Shown here: positions 19,101 through 30,296 of the stretch, piece after piece
How the letters are laid out: each line of letters opens with the position of its first letter
Numbering within the stretch: position 1 is the first letter of the stretch
Assembly (NCBI GenBank): GCA_963666365.2
Contig: CAXXNF010000002.1
Coordinates: 672,001 to 736,000, forward strand
Origin: Syntrophales bacterium
Lineage (GTDB): Bacteria > Desulfobacterota > Syntrophia > Syntrophales > UBA2210
Direction of reading: 5' to 3'
Length of the DNA stretch: 64,000 bases
Made by a program: the position numbers and the translations under genes
The notes under the pieces: model-generated
Told to the model about the DNA's origin: nothing
What the model saw: the letters and a program-made list of their open reading frames with translations, nothing else
Databases searched by the model: none

Positions 19101-20525
19101 TCAGTGCAGTTCTATAATTTCCATGCGGTTGTTGGCATCAGGATGTCTAGATGAAGGTCCTTCGGTAAGGATCGCGATGTCCCCTTTTTCGCCGTTATTG
19201 AAAAGCCATTCGCGGGCGAATGCTTTCCAGTCCGCAGGGTATTCATGAGCGTAAACAGGCTGAACCCCGTATGAGAACTGAAGGCTCTGACAGGTGGAAA
19301 CAGAGGAACTTACCGCCGTTACCCACATTGGGAGTCTGAAACGGGCGATGCTCCTCGCGGTAGCGCCGCTTTGTGTGGGAACGATCACCACTGTCGGCGA
19401 GGCGTGACGGGCAGTGGTCTCAACACTCAAGGCAATAAGGTCACGCAGGTGCGTATCAGCATTCCTTCTTGCAGAGTACAGCGCATCCCGCACGGGTTGA
19501 GCAGAATTAAGGGGCTCGATAGCGGCGGCGATTCCGGCCAGCATTGACACCGCATCCACAGGGTAATTACCAATGGCGGATTCTCCTGAAAGCATGACGC
19601 AATCTGTGCCATCCAATATTGCATTGGCCACATCGGTTGCTTCGGCGCGCGTAGGGCGGCGGTTCCTGATCATCGACTCGAGCATCTGTGTTGCCGTAAT
19701 CACCGGTTTCCCCGCAAGATTCGCCTTTTTCATCAATTCTTTTTGAATCACCGGCAAATCCACAATAGGCATTTCCACACCCAGATCCCCCCTGGCGATC
19801 ATGATCCCATCGGAGGCCTCAAGAATTTCATCTATATGCCGCATTACTCCCGCACGTTCTATTTTGGCGATGATGAAAGGGTGATGACCTATAGTTTCTG
19901 CGGCTTCACGGACCTCATGAACGTCAGCCGCCTTCTCTACAAATGACTGGCTTATTGCATCCACTCCGTTCTGCAGGGCAAATTCGAGGCACCGGCGATC
20001 ATTACCGGTAAACGCTCCTATTCCCAAGTCGATGCCTGGCAAGTTCACGCCCTGTCGGGACCGAAGTTCACCCCCCACCACCACTCTGCAGACCACTTCC
20101 TTATCTTCAATCCTGCACACCTCAAGCTGAATGTATCCATCATTTAAAAAAATCAGGTTTCCCCGACTCACTACCTGGGGCAATCGGGAAAAACTTAATG
20201 AAAGCCTTTCGGCGTCCCCGACGAAGTCATCTGTACTCAGAACAATTTTCTCCTCTGCCTTCAACACGACAGGAGAGTGAACGAGGTCTCCAATCCGTAT
20301 TTTAGGCCCCGAGAGATCAGCCAAAATTGCCACCGGCCTGCCCACGGATTGGGCCGCTTCTCTCAGATTTCGGATTATTGTTTTGTGACTCGAAAAGCTG
20401 CCGTGGGAAAAATTCAGACGAGCAACGTTCATGCCTTTTATGATCATTTCCTTCATGATATCGGGAGCTTCACTGGCAGGCCCGATTGTACATATGATCT
20501 TTGTCTTATTTGGGAAAAGGGTCAT
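19101..20525 (-). CDS. pyk: Pyruvate kinase
   Basis: KTKIICTIGPAS, RLNFSHG, IAKIE, MIARGDLG, TATQMLESM, MLSGESA. Confidence 0.97.
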   Translation of the reverse strand: MTLFPNKTKIICTIGPASEAPDIMKEMIIKGMNVARLNFSHGSFSSHKTIIRNLREAAQSVGRPVAILADLSGPKIRIGDLVHSPVVLKAEEKIVLSTDDFVGDAERLSLSFSRLPQVVSRGNLIFLNDGYIQLEVCRIEDKEVVCRVVVGGELRSRQGVNLPGIDLGIGAFTGNDRRCLEFALQNGVDAISQSFVEKAADVHEVREAAETIGHHPFIIAKIERAGVMRHIDEILEASDGIMIARGDLGVEMPIVDLPVIQKELMKKANLAGKPVITATQMLESMIRNRRPTRAEATDVANAILDGTDCVMLSGESAIGNYPVDAVSMLAGIAAAIEPLNSAQPVRDALYSARRNADTHLRDLIALSVETTARHASPTVVIVPTQSGATARSIARFRLPMWVTAVSSSVSTCQSLQFSYGVQPVYAHEYPADWKAFAREWLFNNGEKGDIAILTEGPSSRHPDANNRMEIIELH

Positions 20526-20537
20526 TGATTATACCGT

Positions 20538-20990
20538 CTAACCCGGCGATAGCGGCTTCAGCCAGATTACCGCATAGGGTCCGATTCCCAGCGTCAATGT
20601 GCCTGAGTCAAGGTGATGTTTGCGATCGGTAAAGAGATCAAGCCAGATCCTCCCCCCCCTTCCAACAGCGAGGCGGCGATATCCACCGTCAGTGTTTCCG
20701 CCCTGACCGTAGGTAATCAGAATGATGTGCTCGTTGGAAAAACGCTCTAGGGGATCGTAATATTTCTCTTTTTCGATCATTTCAGGCGGTTTGTGGGCAT
20801 GATGAGCTGCAAGTATACGTTCCCGTTCAGCTATCCATAGGACGCCTTTTCCCCCGTAAAGATAATGAAGACGCTCCTGCATCCGGACCTTCCTGTGAGA
20901 GGGAATTTTAAGGACAGGCCGACTGTAGTCCGGGTATGCGTGGTAATAGGTTCGATGACGGTCGTAGCTCTCACTGATATTCATTTCCAT
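20538..20990 (-). pseudogene. Internally deleted remnant of a GH13 sugar (sucrose/glucosylglycerate) phosphorylase-like gene
   Basis: N-term ...LHYLYG...ERILAAHHAHKP...RFSNEHIILITYG is joined almost directly to a C-term-like WLDLFT...LTLGIGPYAVIWLKP; no catalytic barrel in 150 aa. Confidence 0.65.
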
Positions 20991-21012
20991 TGGAAAATCT
21001 GTTTAAGCCTGC

Positions 21013-23412
21013 TCATCTCGCTGATTTTTCCGACATATGCGATAGTTTCGCTTTTTTGTTCTTCCCCGACAATGCCAGTTTCAGCACATCTGACATTTCA
21101 TCGACAAGGTGAAACACGATGTCATTTGTGACCTTCTCCGGTATATCCTCAAGATCTTTGTCATTCCATTTGGGCAGAATAATGGTTTTGATGCCCGCTC
21201 TATGGGCCGCAAGAACTTTTTCTTTGATGCCCCCCACAGGAAGCACTGCCCCGCGAAGGGTAATTTCGCCGGTCATGGCCAGGTCTTCTTTGATGTTTCG
21301 GTTGGTAAGAAGCGATGCAAGAGCTGTAAGTATAGTTACACCTGCCGAGGGGCCGTCTTTTTGGATGGCGCCTGCGGGAATATGAATATGGATGTCTCTA
21401 TTGTCGAAAAAATCATTAGGAATTCCTAGTGCTTCCGCATTCGATCGTATGAAGCTGAGTGCCGCCGATGCCGATTCCTTCATAATTTCACCGAGCTGAC
21501 CCGTGAGCATCAGTCCTTTGTTCCCTTTCATGGCGGTGGCTTCGATATAGAGAATTTCCCCTCCCACGGGGGTCCAGGCAAGACCTACGGCCACTCCCGG
21601 TTTGGATATCCTGGTTTTCCCCTCCGGGGTTACTTTCAGGGGTCCGATATATTTGTGCAGATCACTAATCTTGACAGTGGCTGATTTAATTTCCTCTTGC
21701 GCGATCTCGCTCGCTACTCCCCGGCAGATGTTCGCTATTTCTCTCTCAAGATTCCTTACACCCGCTTCACGGGTATACCCGGAAATAATTTGTTTTTTTG
21801 CCGCTGCGGTGAAATTGATCTGTTTCGACGTAAGTCCGTTGGCCTCTATCTGACGGGGAATCAGGTATCGTTCCGCAATTTTGATCTTCTCATCAAGGGT
21901 ATAGCCGAGAAGCTCGATCACCTCAAGTCTGTCTCTCAGTGCCGGCGGTATTGTTTCCAGAATGTTGGCGGTTGTAATGAACATGACATGAGAAAGGTCA
22001 AAGGCAACGTCGAGATAGTGATCGACAAAGGAGTAATTCTGTTCAGGATCAAGCACTTCCAGCAGAGCCGATGAGGGATCTCCTCTGAAGTCGCTTCCAA
22101 GCTTGTCGATTTCATCGAGCATAAACACGGGGTTGTTTGACTCCGACCTTCTAATGCCTTGAATAATTCTCCCCGGCAGCGCCCCCACGTAGGTACGCCG
22201 GTGTCCTCGAATCTCCGCTTCATCGTGTACTCCACCCAGGGAAATCCTGACAAACTTCCGCTCAAGCGCCCTCGCAATGGATGTGCCGAGCGATGTCTTC
22301 CCCGTTCCGGGAGGGCCAGCGAAGCAGAGAATAGGACCCTTCGTATCCGGTTTGAGCTTTCTCACCGCCAAGTACTCGATAATGCGCTTTTTGGCCTTTT
22401 CCAGCCCGTAGTGATCTTCATCGAGTATTTTCCGCGCCTTTTTGATGTCAAGGTTGTCCTCCGTGCGCTCATGCCATGGAAGGGCGGTGATCCAATCAAG
22501 ATAGGTCGATGCCACCGTGTATTCCGCCGATGATGGATGCATGCGGGCAAGCCTTGTCAGTTCACGTTCCGCTTCTCCTTTGGCTTCTTCGGGAAGGTTT
22601 TTCTCTTCAACCTTCTTTCGATACTCTTCTACCTCAACCTTTGATTCATCATCGGCCTCGCCCAACTCCTCCCTGATGGCTTTCAGTTGTTGGCGAAGAT
22701 AATACTCTCTCTGGCTCTTATCCATATCGGTTTTGACCTGCGTCTGGATCTTGTTGCCCAGTTCCAGGATTTCGAGCTGGTGGTTGACAAGGCGAGTGAC
22801 CATTTCAAGACGTTTTTTCACATCCGCTGTTTCAAGAACTTTTTGCTTCTCCCCCGCTTCTGCGTTGATAATCGAGGCGATCATATCCGCAAGCTGTCCC
22901 GGTTCCCTTATTGACTTTGCCAACACTCCGAACTCCTGGGGAAGAAAAGGGGATAGCTTTACAATGCGATCAAAGAGACCGGTGAGATTGGCCATAAGCG
23001 CTTCTATTTTTATCCCTTTGGCCTCCGTATCTTCCATCAGCTCAACGGTAGCCTGAAGATAGGACTTTCCCTCCAAGAAATCCTTGATGACGAAGCGCCC
23101 AATCCCCTGCATAAGGAGTTGGGCCTTCTCTTCACCAGACTTTGCCATTTTCAGTATCGCCACGACCGTCCCGGTGTGGTGTATATCGTCCGGTTTCGGA
23201 AGCTCTTCGGTAAAGGGTTGTCGCGCCATGACAAGTCCGATCAGACGATCTCCCGCCATCGCTTCATCGACAAGATTGATCGCCCGTTCTCCCATCACTT
23301 CCATCGGAAAGGTCATGTGGGGAAACACTACGGTATTGTAAAGCGAAAGTACGGGAAGCACGTCCGGCACTTTCACGTTTTTGAGATCTCCAGGAAGTTG
23401 CTGATCAATCAT
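21013..23412 (-). CDS. lon: Lon protease (endopeptidase La)
   Basis: LON N-domain, [39 protein letters not shown]. Confidence 0.97.
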   Translation of the reverse strand: MIDQQLPGDLKNVKVPDVLPVLSLYNTVVFPHMTFPMEVMGERAINLVDEAMAGDRLIGLVMARQPFTEELPKPDDIHHTGTVVAILKMAKSGEEKAQLLMQGIGRFVIKDFLEGKSYLQATVELMEDTEAKGIKIEALMANLTGLFDRIVKLSPFLPQEFGVLAKSIREPGQLADMIASIINAEAGEKQKVLETADVKKRLEMVTRLVNHQLEILELGNKIQTQVKTDMDKSQREYYLRQQLKAIREELGEADDESKVEVEEYRKKVEEKNLPEEAKGEAERELTRLARMHPSSAEYTVASTYLDWITALPWHERTEDNLDIKKARKILDEDHYGLEKAKKRIIEYLAVRKLKPDTKGPILCFAGPPGTGKTSLGTSIARALERKFVRISLGGVHDEAEIRGHRRTYVGALPGRIIQGIRRSESNNPVFMLDEIDKLGSDFRGDPSSALLEVLDPEQNYSFVDHYLDVAFDLSHVMFITTANILETIPPALRDRLEVIELLGYTLDEKIKIAERYLIPRQIEANGLTSKQINFTAAAKKQIISGYTREAGVRNLEREIANICRGVASEIAQEEIKSATVKISDLHKYIGPLKVTPEGKTRISKPGVAVGLAWTPVGGEILYIEATAMKGNKGLMLTGQLGEIMKESASAALSFIRSNAEALGIPNDFFDNRDIHIHIPAGAIQKDGPSAGVTILTALASLLTNRNIKEDLAMTGEITLRGAVLPVGGIKEKVLAAHRAGIKTIILPKWNDKDLEDIPEKVTNDIVFHLVDEMSDVLKLALSGKNKKAKLSHMSEKSAR

Positions 23413-23498
23413 ATGACCCTCCGCAAAAACATGTCATCCCGCATAGCAAGTGGGTAAAGGTAAGAGTCTCCAATGTGTGTCACTGTATCATCCCTGCA

Positions 23499-23960
23499 TT
23501 ATGGAAATTCCTGACGATTCTGGATCGGAATTTTTCGAATCCGCTTTTCCAGAGGAAGTTTGGGTATGCGTATTTCCAGCAATCCGTCTGCATGACGGGC
23601 CGTCACACCCTCTGTGTCGATGGTGGCGCCAAGCGACAGCGTTCGTTCAAAATACCCATAGGGTATCTCTGCCAGGTGGTAGCGTGATCGTTCACCGTGC
23701 ACCCGCTCCGCTCGTTTCCCCGATATCTTGACTGTCTGCCTGCTGATTTCAAGATAAATATCGTCACGGTTTACGCCGGCCAGCTCCGCCGTAATCACGA
23801 TTTCGGCGGCAGTTTCGTAGATATCAACCAGGGGATGCCACACACGAGTATAAAGCGTCAATGCCGGATCAAAGAGACGGAGAGCGCCTCCGATCATGCC
23901 TTGCAATCCCGTATCGACCATGCCACGGTCGTCCTCAAATCTTATTTTGATAAAGTCCAT
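23499..23960 (-). CDS. Hsp20/alpha-crystallin small heat shock protein
   Basis: PLVDIYET, ELAGV, EIPYGYFERT, DGLLEIRIPK; GGAG before ATG at 23960. Confidence 0.9.
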   Translation of the reverse strand: MDFIKIRFEDDRGMVDTGLQGMIGGALRLFDPALTLYTRVWHPLVDIYETAAEIVITAELAGVNRDDIYLEISRQTVKISGKRAERVHGERSRYHLAEIPYGYFERTLSLGATIDTEGVTARHADGLLEIRIPKLPLEKRIRKIPIQNRQEFP

Positions 23961-24126
23961 CTTCATCTCCTGTGGATTGAGACTTATTAGCGGAATGCTC
24001 CGGTTCGCATTTTTATCTTTAACATCGCACTCGTCCACAATGCAACCACTTTTAACCATTCTTTTGACTTGATTACACGAAAGATCACGGGTAGAGTAGA
24101 GCTCTTCCGGTTCACTAAGGGGTCAC

Positions 24127-26820
24127 ATGAACATTCACACAGACAGTCGCCTCATTCTGACTGCGACAGAACGGCTTGCCCGCAGTCTTCACCGTCATGC
24201 GCGCATTCATGCAATCGTATCGGGAATGAAAGGATGGGAGCGACCGGACATCACCAGTCTCAATAGCTGGATGGATCGTCTCTGGAGCGAGTCCTTTCAG
24301 GAACAGCTTCCTGCATCGAAGCTTGCGCGAACACGACTATGGAAAGAGCTCGTCGAAACATCAACGGCCCCCCTCCCTCTCGCCGCAGGCTTTTCTCTTT
24401 ACGCACTTCTCGACGAAACCTATGAAATTTTGGTGAGGCATAAGGTTGACCCGGAGGCAGGTCCTCCATCGACACCGCTTGTCCAGTGGCGAAGAGATCT
24501 TACACGATCATTTCGACGCCGTCTCGAGTGCGAAGGCCTTTTTCATCCGGGCGAATGGCCGGTCTATCTGATGAACGGGTTGAAAGAGCGGCGCATATCC
24601 TTGCCACGAAAGGTCTTGCTGCAGGGCTTCGAATTTCCCGCACCCCTTGAAAGGGATTTATTTCGACTTATGGAGACGATCACTGAAGTGGAATACGACG
24701 TGAACCGCCGGGCGGAGGGGGGGGTCATTCATGCTCTGGCACTGCCCTCGCCCGAACAGGAACTCACCTATCTGGGCCGCAGTCTCATAGAAGATGCGGG
24801 CGTCATGCCTCTTCACCGGATCGGCGTCATCGCTCCCGATCTCACGCGCTATGCACAAGCTTTTGCCAGGACTCTGACTGATCTGATGGGGCATACACCC
24901 GCAGGAGATGCCCACTGGTTTAATATTACCCTTGGCAGCTCCTTGTCGAAACTTCCCCTGTTCGCCTCGGCACTGTTGCCCTTTCGTTTTATTCAGGAAG
25001 GAGAACGTCGAGAACTTCTTCTGGCCCTTATCCTTTCCCCCTATTACGGGCTCTGGCAGGGGAAGCGCCACAGGATCGCCCGAGCCGATCATATATGGAG
25101 ATCCAAAGGCATTATATCGGGGCTTGATTCTTTGAAAAGCGCCCTCATGGGGGCCGACGAAGAAACCCATTCACTCATATTCAATGAGCGGACGAAACCG
25201 GTGTTCGCTCCAACGCCACCGAAGATGAACTGCACACAACGGATGAAGGCCTGGATTGAAACACTTTCACATATGTGGGAGGCGCTGGATTTCCCCTTAA
25301 TTTCAGGAGAGGAGGATCGACTTGCCTGGAGACATGTCAAGGAGATACTGAATGGCTTTTCCACGCATCTGGCCGATATTTCGATCACAGGATATGAATT
25401 CGTCAGCTGGTTCATCCATGAAGCCGACAGAAAAACAACACAGAGAGAGGCCGCAGAAGATGCGGGAGTGCAGATTATGGGGCTTATTGAATCGCGGGGG
25501 CTTGACTTCGATAAAATCTATCTTCTGGACGTAAACGACCGCTCGCTGCCTCAGCCGGCACGTCCCCTCCCCCTGCTGGACAGAGAAGAGCGGCGCCGCA
25601 TCCAGGGAGGAACACCCCAAAGTCAATACGATTTTGCCCGAGTGGTGTTCGAGCGCATTGTGCACTCTGCTCCCCGTATCGTTCTTTTACGTGCCGAGCA
25701 GGAAGATTCAAAGCCGTTGACCCCTTCTCCCTTCTGGCCGGACGAGTCAGTGCAGGAATCACTTGATATCTGGACGGATCCCGATCCAGCCTGGTTGAGG
25801 GCGTCCTGGTTGCGATCCGCCTATGAAGGTAGGGGGATTTCAAAAACCGACACACCTATTTGCTCCATAGGAATTGACCCCGCGTCAATTGCCCCTTTGC
25901 CGATGCTCTCATCCATGAGCCTTTCTCCCCACCTACTCAAGATCGCACTCACCTGCCCTTTCAGATTCCTCATGGAGATTCTCCTGAAAGTCACCCCTCT
26001 CGAAGCGGTAGCAGCGGCCCCTTCGCCGCGTGACAGAGGCACGCTGCTCCACCGTATTTTTGCCGCTTTTACGGAACAAATGCGAGGGAGGGGAATGGGA
26101 GAAGATGTGGCGCCCGATGAGGAGGAACGCTGTCTTGTTAAAATCGTTGATGACGCGTTCTCCCCTTTCGCAGGCAATCCCCGCTGGCAAGTAGAAAAGA
26201 TTCGTCTCATCGGCTCTCCACGCTCCTCTGTTCCCGGTGTTCTGAACCTTTGGCTTCAGAGGGAACGGCAGCGTCGTCAAGAGGGATGGAGTTGTATCGC
26301 CGAAGAAAGAACATATTCAGGACTCAGCATTAAGGGGTGTCCGATGCCCCTTTCCGGTAGAATCGACCGCATCGATTTCAGCGCCGTCGACGGACTTGCC
26401 TGTTACGACTATAAGACGGGAAAAGTTCCCGCCATCTCCGATATCCTTAATCGTTTTACTGAACCACAGCTACCCGTGTATCTTCTGGCACTTCGCGCAG
26501 GAAAAATTCCCGGCCTGAAGGGTCACGTGCCTACTGCGGAGATGATTTCCACCGCAGGCTATCTGCAGATTAAATCGGTAAATGCCCTGCGCGACATTCC
26601 GATCCGGGGGATTGAGACCTCCCTGGAAAAATGGTGTTCCGTAATCGCCGACATAGCTGTACGCATTGCCGGTGGGAACTTCGAGCCTTCGCCTTACCCG
26701 GCGTCGTTCGTGGAAAACAGGAATAAAGTGTGTCAAGATTGTGCGTTTCGCACGTTGTGCAGACGCGGTCTCTTTCCTGAATGGTCTATTGAGGAGGAAG
26801 AGTACGACGATGCCGATTGA
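24127..26820 (+). CDS. AddB-like DNA repair protein with C-terminal PD-(D/E)XK nuclease and Fe-S cysteines
   Basis: ESRGLDFD, TCPFRF, RGTLLH, GRIDRID...YDYKTG, CQDCAFRTLC. Confidence 0.88.
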   Translation: MNIHTDSRLILTATERLARSLHRHARIHAIVSGMKGWERPDITSLNSWMDRLWSESFQEQLPASKLARTRLWKELVETSTAPLPLAAGFSLYALLDETYEILVRHKVDPEAGPPSTPLVQWRRDLTRSFRRRLECEGLFHPGEWPVYLMNGLKERRISLPRKVLLQGFEFPAPLERDLFRLMETITEVEYDVNRRAEGGVIHALALPSPEQELTYLGRSLIEDAGVMPLHRIGVIAPDLTRYAQAFARTLTDLMGHTPAGDAHWFNITLGSSLSKLPLFASALLPFRFIQEGERRELLLALILSPYYGLWQGKRHRIARADHIWRSKGIISGLDSLKSALMGADEETHSLIFNERTKPVFAPTPPKMNCTQRMKAWIETLSHMWEALDFPLISGEEDRLAWRHVKEILNGFSTHLADISITGYEFVSWFIHEADRKTTQREAAEDAGVQIMGLIESRGLDFDKIYLLDVNDRSLPQPARPLPLLDREERRRIQGGTPQSQYDFARVVFERIVHSAPRIVLLRAEQEDSKPLTPSPFWPDESVQESLDIWTDPDPAWLRASWLRSAYEGRGISKTDTPICSIGIDPASIAPLPMLSSMSLSPHLLKIALTCPFRFLMEILLKVTPLEAVAAAPSPRDRGTLLHRIFAAFTEQMRGRGMGEDVAPDEEERCLVKIVDDAFSPFAGNPRWQVEKIRLIGSPRSSVPGVLNLWLQRERQRRQEGWSCIAEERTYSGLSIKGCPMPLSGRIDRIDFSAVDGLACYDYKTGKVPAISDILNRFTEPQLPVYLLALRAGKIPGLKGHVPTAEMISTAGYLQIKSVNALRDIPIRGIETSLEKWCSVIADIAVRIAGGNFEPSPYPASFVENRNKVCQDCAFRTLCRRGLFPEWSIEEEEYDDAD

Positions 26821-29800
26821 CCTTGCCGACAATCGGGCGCGAGAGGCGGCGCTCGACACTCGCTGCTCCCATCACGTGGAATCACCGGCCGGCGCCGGTA
26901 AAACCATGCTTTTGACCATGCGTTTTGTCAAGCTTCTAAGTAGCGTGAATCACCCAGCAGAAATTCTTGCCCTGACCTTTACCGAAAAAGCGGCCCAGGA
27001 AATGCAGGCGCGTATCATTGATTCACTGAAAAGGGCGGAAAGGAAAGAACACCCGAAACACCCTTCCGATAAAATATTGCTCAGACATGCCGAAGATGCA
27101 TTAATGAGGCACAAAAAACACATGCACCTGATATCGTCCGGCGGCCTCAATATAATGACCTTTCACGGGTTCTGCTACCATCTGGCAGCGAGGGCGCCCC
27201 TCGAGGCAGGAGTAAGTCCCGATTTCGCGATTATGGAAGAGAGAGAGGCACCACTCCTCATCCGAGAGTCGGTTGCCGCTACGATTGAACGGCTTCTGGC
27301 TGCGCCCACGGAGGATTCAAGGCGCCGGGCCCTGGAACGTCGAGCGCTTTTCCACGATAACAACTGGGGGAGTCTGACGGCAGAGCTCATCGAAATGATA
27401 AAAAACAGAAGCCGCTTTGCCGATCTTGTGGGTGTAATACGCAGTGCCGGCGGTAAGAAATTGTCCCGTCTCGAGGGCGTGTTTAAAGAAAGACTGCGGC
27501 CTTTTGTAGAAAAAAAACTGACTGCACTGGAAAGGCAGTTCGTTGAATCATCGCTGGGAGACCGATGGAACGAATTCTTAAACCATCTTCAGGAAAAGAA
27601 AACAGACGCTGCCCTGGTATTGCCCCTGGCGATTCCGTCATCGCAATGGGAAGATCTTCCATGCTGGCGAAAAATAGCCGATTGTCTCCTCACCAAGACG
27701 GGAACTCCGCGAAAAATGATGGGGGCGAAAAGCGGATTTTATGCGGGCTTTCAGAAAAGCGAATGGGGCGCGCTTATGGGCGAAATTCCCACTCTTCTGG
27801 CAAAGGGACTTCACGAGGCGCGTGAATATGCTGCACCAGACCAACCCGTCGCCGACATGGAGGTACTTTCCGATCTGATCATCGTGGCCTCGGAAATACT
27901 CAGCGATTATGAAACCGCCTGCAGCAGACGGAATATGCTGGATTTCGACGGTCTCGAACAGTGCGCCCTCAAGGTACTCGACACAACGGCCCCTACCGAT
28001 CTCCAGCTTTTTCTTGATCATCATGTAGGACACATTCTGATCGATGAATTTCAGGACACCAACAGGACGCAATGGGAGTTGCTGCGCCGCCTTGTCAACG
28101 GCTGGCTACCCGATGATGGAAAAACAGTGTTTATTGTAGGAGACCCGAAGCAATCGATTTATGCCTTCCGTAATGCAGAGGTGAGCCTCTTTTTGGATGC
28201 CGCGAAGGGAATACCCCAGGATGGCGGCGCTGCTCTGCCACTCAGATCTCACCGGCTGTCGACAAACTTTCGATCCTGTGGCGACCTGATTGCCTGGGTA
28301 AATGAGCTTTTCGGCGAAACCATCATGGCCTCTCCTGACCGTGAAGCCGACGAAGTCCCTTACAGCCCTTCATCTCCCTTCGAGGAGCGGGACGTTTCCG
28401 GTGTCATTTCCCTCAATCTTTTTGCCGATGAGGATGGGGAAAAGGCAAAAGACAAAGAAGCACTGTGGCTTGCCGCTGCCGTGAAGGATCAGGTGGATCG
28501 TACTGAAGGCCGCCAATCCATCGCCGTGCTGCTCTTTACACGAAACAGAATCGCTCGATACCTAAAGGCCTTTCAAGACATCTCTCTTTCCATTCAAGTC
28601 AAAGAAGGCCTTCGACTTGTCGATCGCCCCGAAGCGGCCCATCTGCTGCAAACAGCCCGCCTGCTTGTGTATCCCCATGACGATCTTGCCTGGGCGTCGC
28701 TTTTCCGCGCCCCCTGGTCGTGGTGCAGCCTTGACGTTCTCTGCGAAACGGCATTGCAGGAACCGCCGAGCTGGTATGATAAGCTTCGTCTCACTGCGTC
28801 TCAGCGCGTCGATCTGGAGAAGCTGCTCAGGACGGTGGATCGCGGCCTTGCACGAATAGGAAGAGATCCCCTGGGAACCGTGGTGAGAACGTTCTGGGAA
28901 GATATGGATGGCCCGCGCATCACGGCATCCCTTTACGGCATGAGAGGTGTGGCAAATTGTATGCGTTTTTGTGAAATGCTTGACGGCATCGACCGGGGCA
29001 TTCCACAAGAAACCCTCGAAAGATTCGAATCGCTGAAAGAGGATCTGTACGAACCGACCGATCCTTCCGCATCCCGCTCCCCCGTTGAGATGATGACCAT
29101 ACACCGCGCCAAGGGGCTCGAATTCGATATCGTCTATATCCCTTTCATGGACTGGAATCCCCTTTCGAGCAGTTACAGGAACGCTCTTCCCTATCTTCTT
29201 GAACGCATTCCGGGAACGGAAGGCGAATACCTGATTGCGACGGGGAAAGACAGGCGTGAAGAAACCACTTCCCCCCTCTATCGCATGCTGTTGAAACTTA
29301 ACAGAGAAAAACGCCTGGGCGAGTCGAAACGCTGGTTTTATGTGGCCGCCACACGAGCGAAAGGGGAGCTGCACATGAGCGGCATCGCCACTGTCAACGG
29401 GGGTGGAGTACATGTGCCCCCGCGGACTCCGCTGTTCTGGATCATGGAACATGAAGGTCTGAACGGTATCTCATTGGGCGCCGTTACAGAACAACCCACT
29501 GAAGATCGCCTCTCCCTTGCCATCAACCCGACTGTGGAGTCCGGTTCACGATACGTTGCCGAGAGTGGCGCCCCTTATAGGCATATGCCTAAAATTCTTG
29601 ACATTGTTCCCGAGAAGTCCGGTTTTTCAGTAATCACGCCTTCATCTCTCTCCAGTGTGCACAAGACACCCTCCACCGATCTGCCGCTGCCGGAAGACGC
29701 CATCGGGTCCGACTCCATAGATCGCATTCGAGGTGTCATCATCCACAGGGCATTGAACGTAACGATAGGGCAGAACCACCTTCCTTCGACGCGCTCGATT

Positions 29801-30220
29801 ACAGGGGCCCTTCATCGAGAAGGGCTTTCGCCGGACAAGGCAGCCGAAACGGCAGTGGAAATAGAAAGGGAAGTGACGGCAACGCTGGCTGACCCCTTTT
29901 TTAAAAGACTGCTGTGTTCGGATCGTAATCTCATAAAAACCGAGTGGGCCCTTGAAGACAGAATTTCAGAAGAAAAAATTCGATCAGGAAGAATCGATTT
30001 TGCCTGCTTCGACGGCAATGCCTGGTGGATCGTAGACTTTAAAACATCACGTCCCGTCAATGGTCAGATACAGGAAGATTTTATCTCGGAAGAACGCAGG
30101 CGATACCAGCCACAGATCATGCACTACAAGTCGATGGTATCAAAGTTGGATGTCGGTGCGGGAAAGCCGATTCATGCCGGCATTTTTCTTACCGCACTGG
30201 GAGTGTGGATCGAAATATAA
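26810..30220 (+). CDS. AddA-like UvrD helicase-nuclease
   Basis: PAGAGKT, LTFTEKAA, IDEFQDT, VGDPKQSIYAFR, TIHRAKGLEF, YVAATRA, GRID...VDFKT; GAGGAGG upstream of ATG 26810. Confidence 0.93.
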   Translation: MPIDLADNRAREAALDTRCSHHVESPAGAGKTMLLTMRFVKLLSSVNHPAEILALTFTEKAAQEMQARIIDSLKRAERKEHPKHPSDKILLRHAEDALMRHKKHMHLISSGGLNIMTFHGFCYHLAARAPLEAGVSPDFAIMEEREAPLLIRESVAATIERLLAAPTEDSRRRALERRALFHDNNWGSLTAELIEMIKNRSRFADLVGVIRSAGGKKLSRLEGVFKERLRPFVEKKLTALERQFVESSLGDRWNEFLNHLQEKKTDAALVLPLAIPSSQWEDLPCWRKIADCLLTKTGTPRKMMGAKSGFYAGFQKSEWGALMGEIPTLLAKGLHEAREYAAPDQPVADMEVLSDLIIVASEILSDYETACSRRNMLDFDGLEQCALKVLDTTAPTDLQLFLDHHVGHILIDEFQDTNRTQWELLRRLVNGWLPDDGKTVFIVGDPKQSIYAFRNAEVSLFLDAAKGIPQDGGAALPLRSHRLSTNFRSCGDLIAWVNELFGETIMASPDREADEVPYSPSSPFEERDVSGVISLNLFADEDGEKAKDKEALWLAAAVKDQVDRTEGRQSIAVLLFTRNRIARYLKAFQDISLSIQVKEGLRLVDRPEAAHLLQTARLLVYPHDDLAWASLFRAPWSWCSLDVLCETALQEPPSWYDKLRLTASQRVDLEKLLRTVDRGLARIGRDPLGTVVRTFWEDMDGPRITASLYGMRGVANCMRFCEMLDGIDRGIPQETLERFESLKEDLYEPTDPSASRSPVEMMTIHRAKGLEFDIVYIPFMDWNPLSSSYRNALPYLLERIPGTEGEYLIATGKDRREETTSPLYRMLLKLNREKRLGESKRWFYVAATRAKGELHMSGIATVNGGGVHVPPRTPLFWIMEHEGLNGISLGAVTEQPTEDRLSLAINPTVESGSRYVAESGAPYRHMPKILDIVPEKSGFSVITPSSLSSVHKTPSTDLPLPEDAIGSDSIDRIRGVIIHRALNVTIGQNHLPSTRSITGALHREGLSPDKAAETAVEIEREVTATLADPFFKRLLCSDRNLIKTEWALEDRISEEKIRSGRIDFACFDGNAWWIVDFKTSRPVNGQIQEDFISEERRRYQPQIMHYKSMVSKLDVGAGKPIHAGIFLTALGVWIEI

Positions 30221-30261
30221 AGGAGTTATTTTATTGCGAATAAACATGCGTGAGCAAATAT

Positions 30262-30296
30262 TATATTTGACAATGATATATTGTCTATTATATTAA
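30262..30296 (+). promoter_or_regulatory. sigma70-type promoter overlapped by a palindrome
   Basis: TTGACA 30267-30272, AT-rich -10 at about 30289-30296; GACAAT-N5-ATTGTC at 30269-30285, extending imperfectly over 30262-30292. Confidence 0.65.

Noticed and set aside
24020..24050. CIRCE element upstream of hsp20-lon
   Set aside because: Only a partial GAGTGC half-site; the spacing and other arm do not fit.
26666..26809. N-terminal extensions in the ORF track (also at 44793, 46963, 24059, 43608)
   Set aside because: Longest-ORF artefacts; downstream starts have RBSs or translational coupling and match family N-termini.
28562..29452. 296-aa antisense ORF, and similar ones at 38098-38961, 47195-47869, 51394-52092 and 57041-57688
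   Set aside because: Shadow frames of well-supported genes with no motifs or RBS.
24127..30220. Helicase-nuclease pair as an anti-phage defence system
   Set aside because: Motifs and gene order match housekeeping AddAB-type recombination repair.
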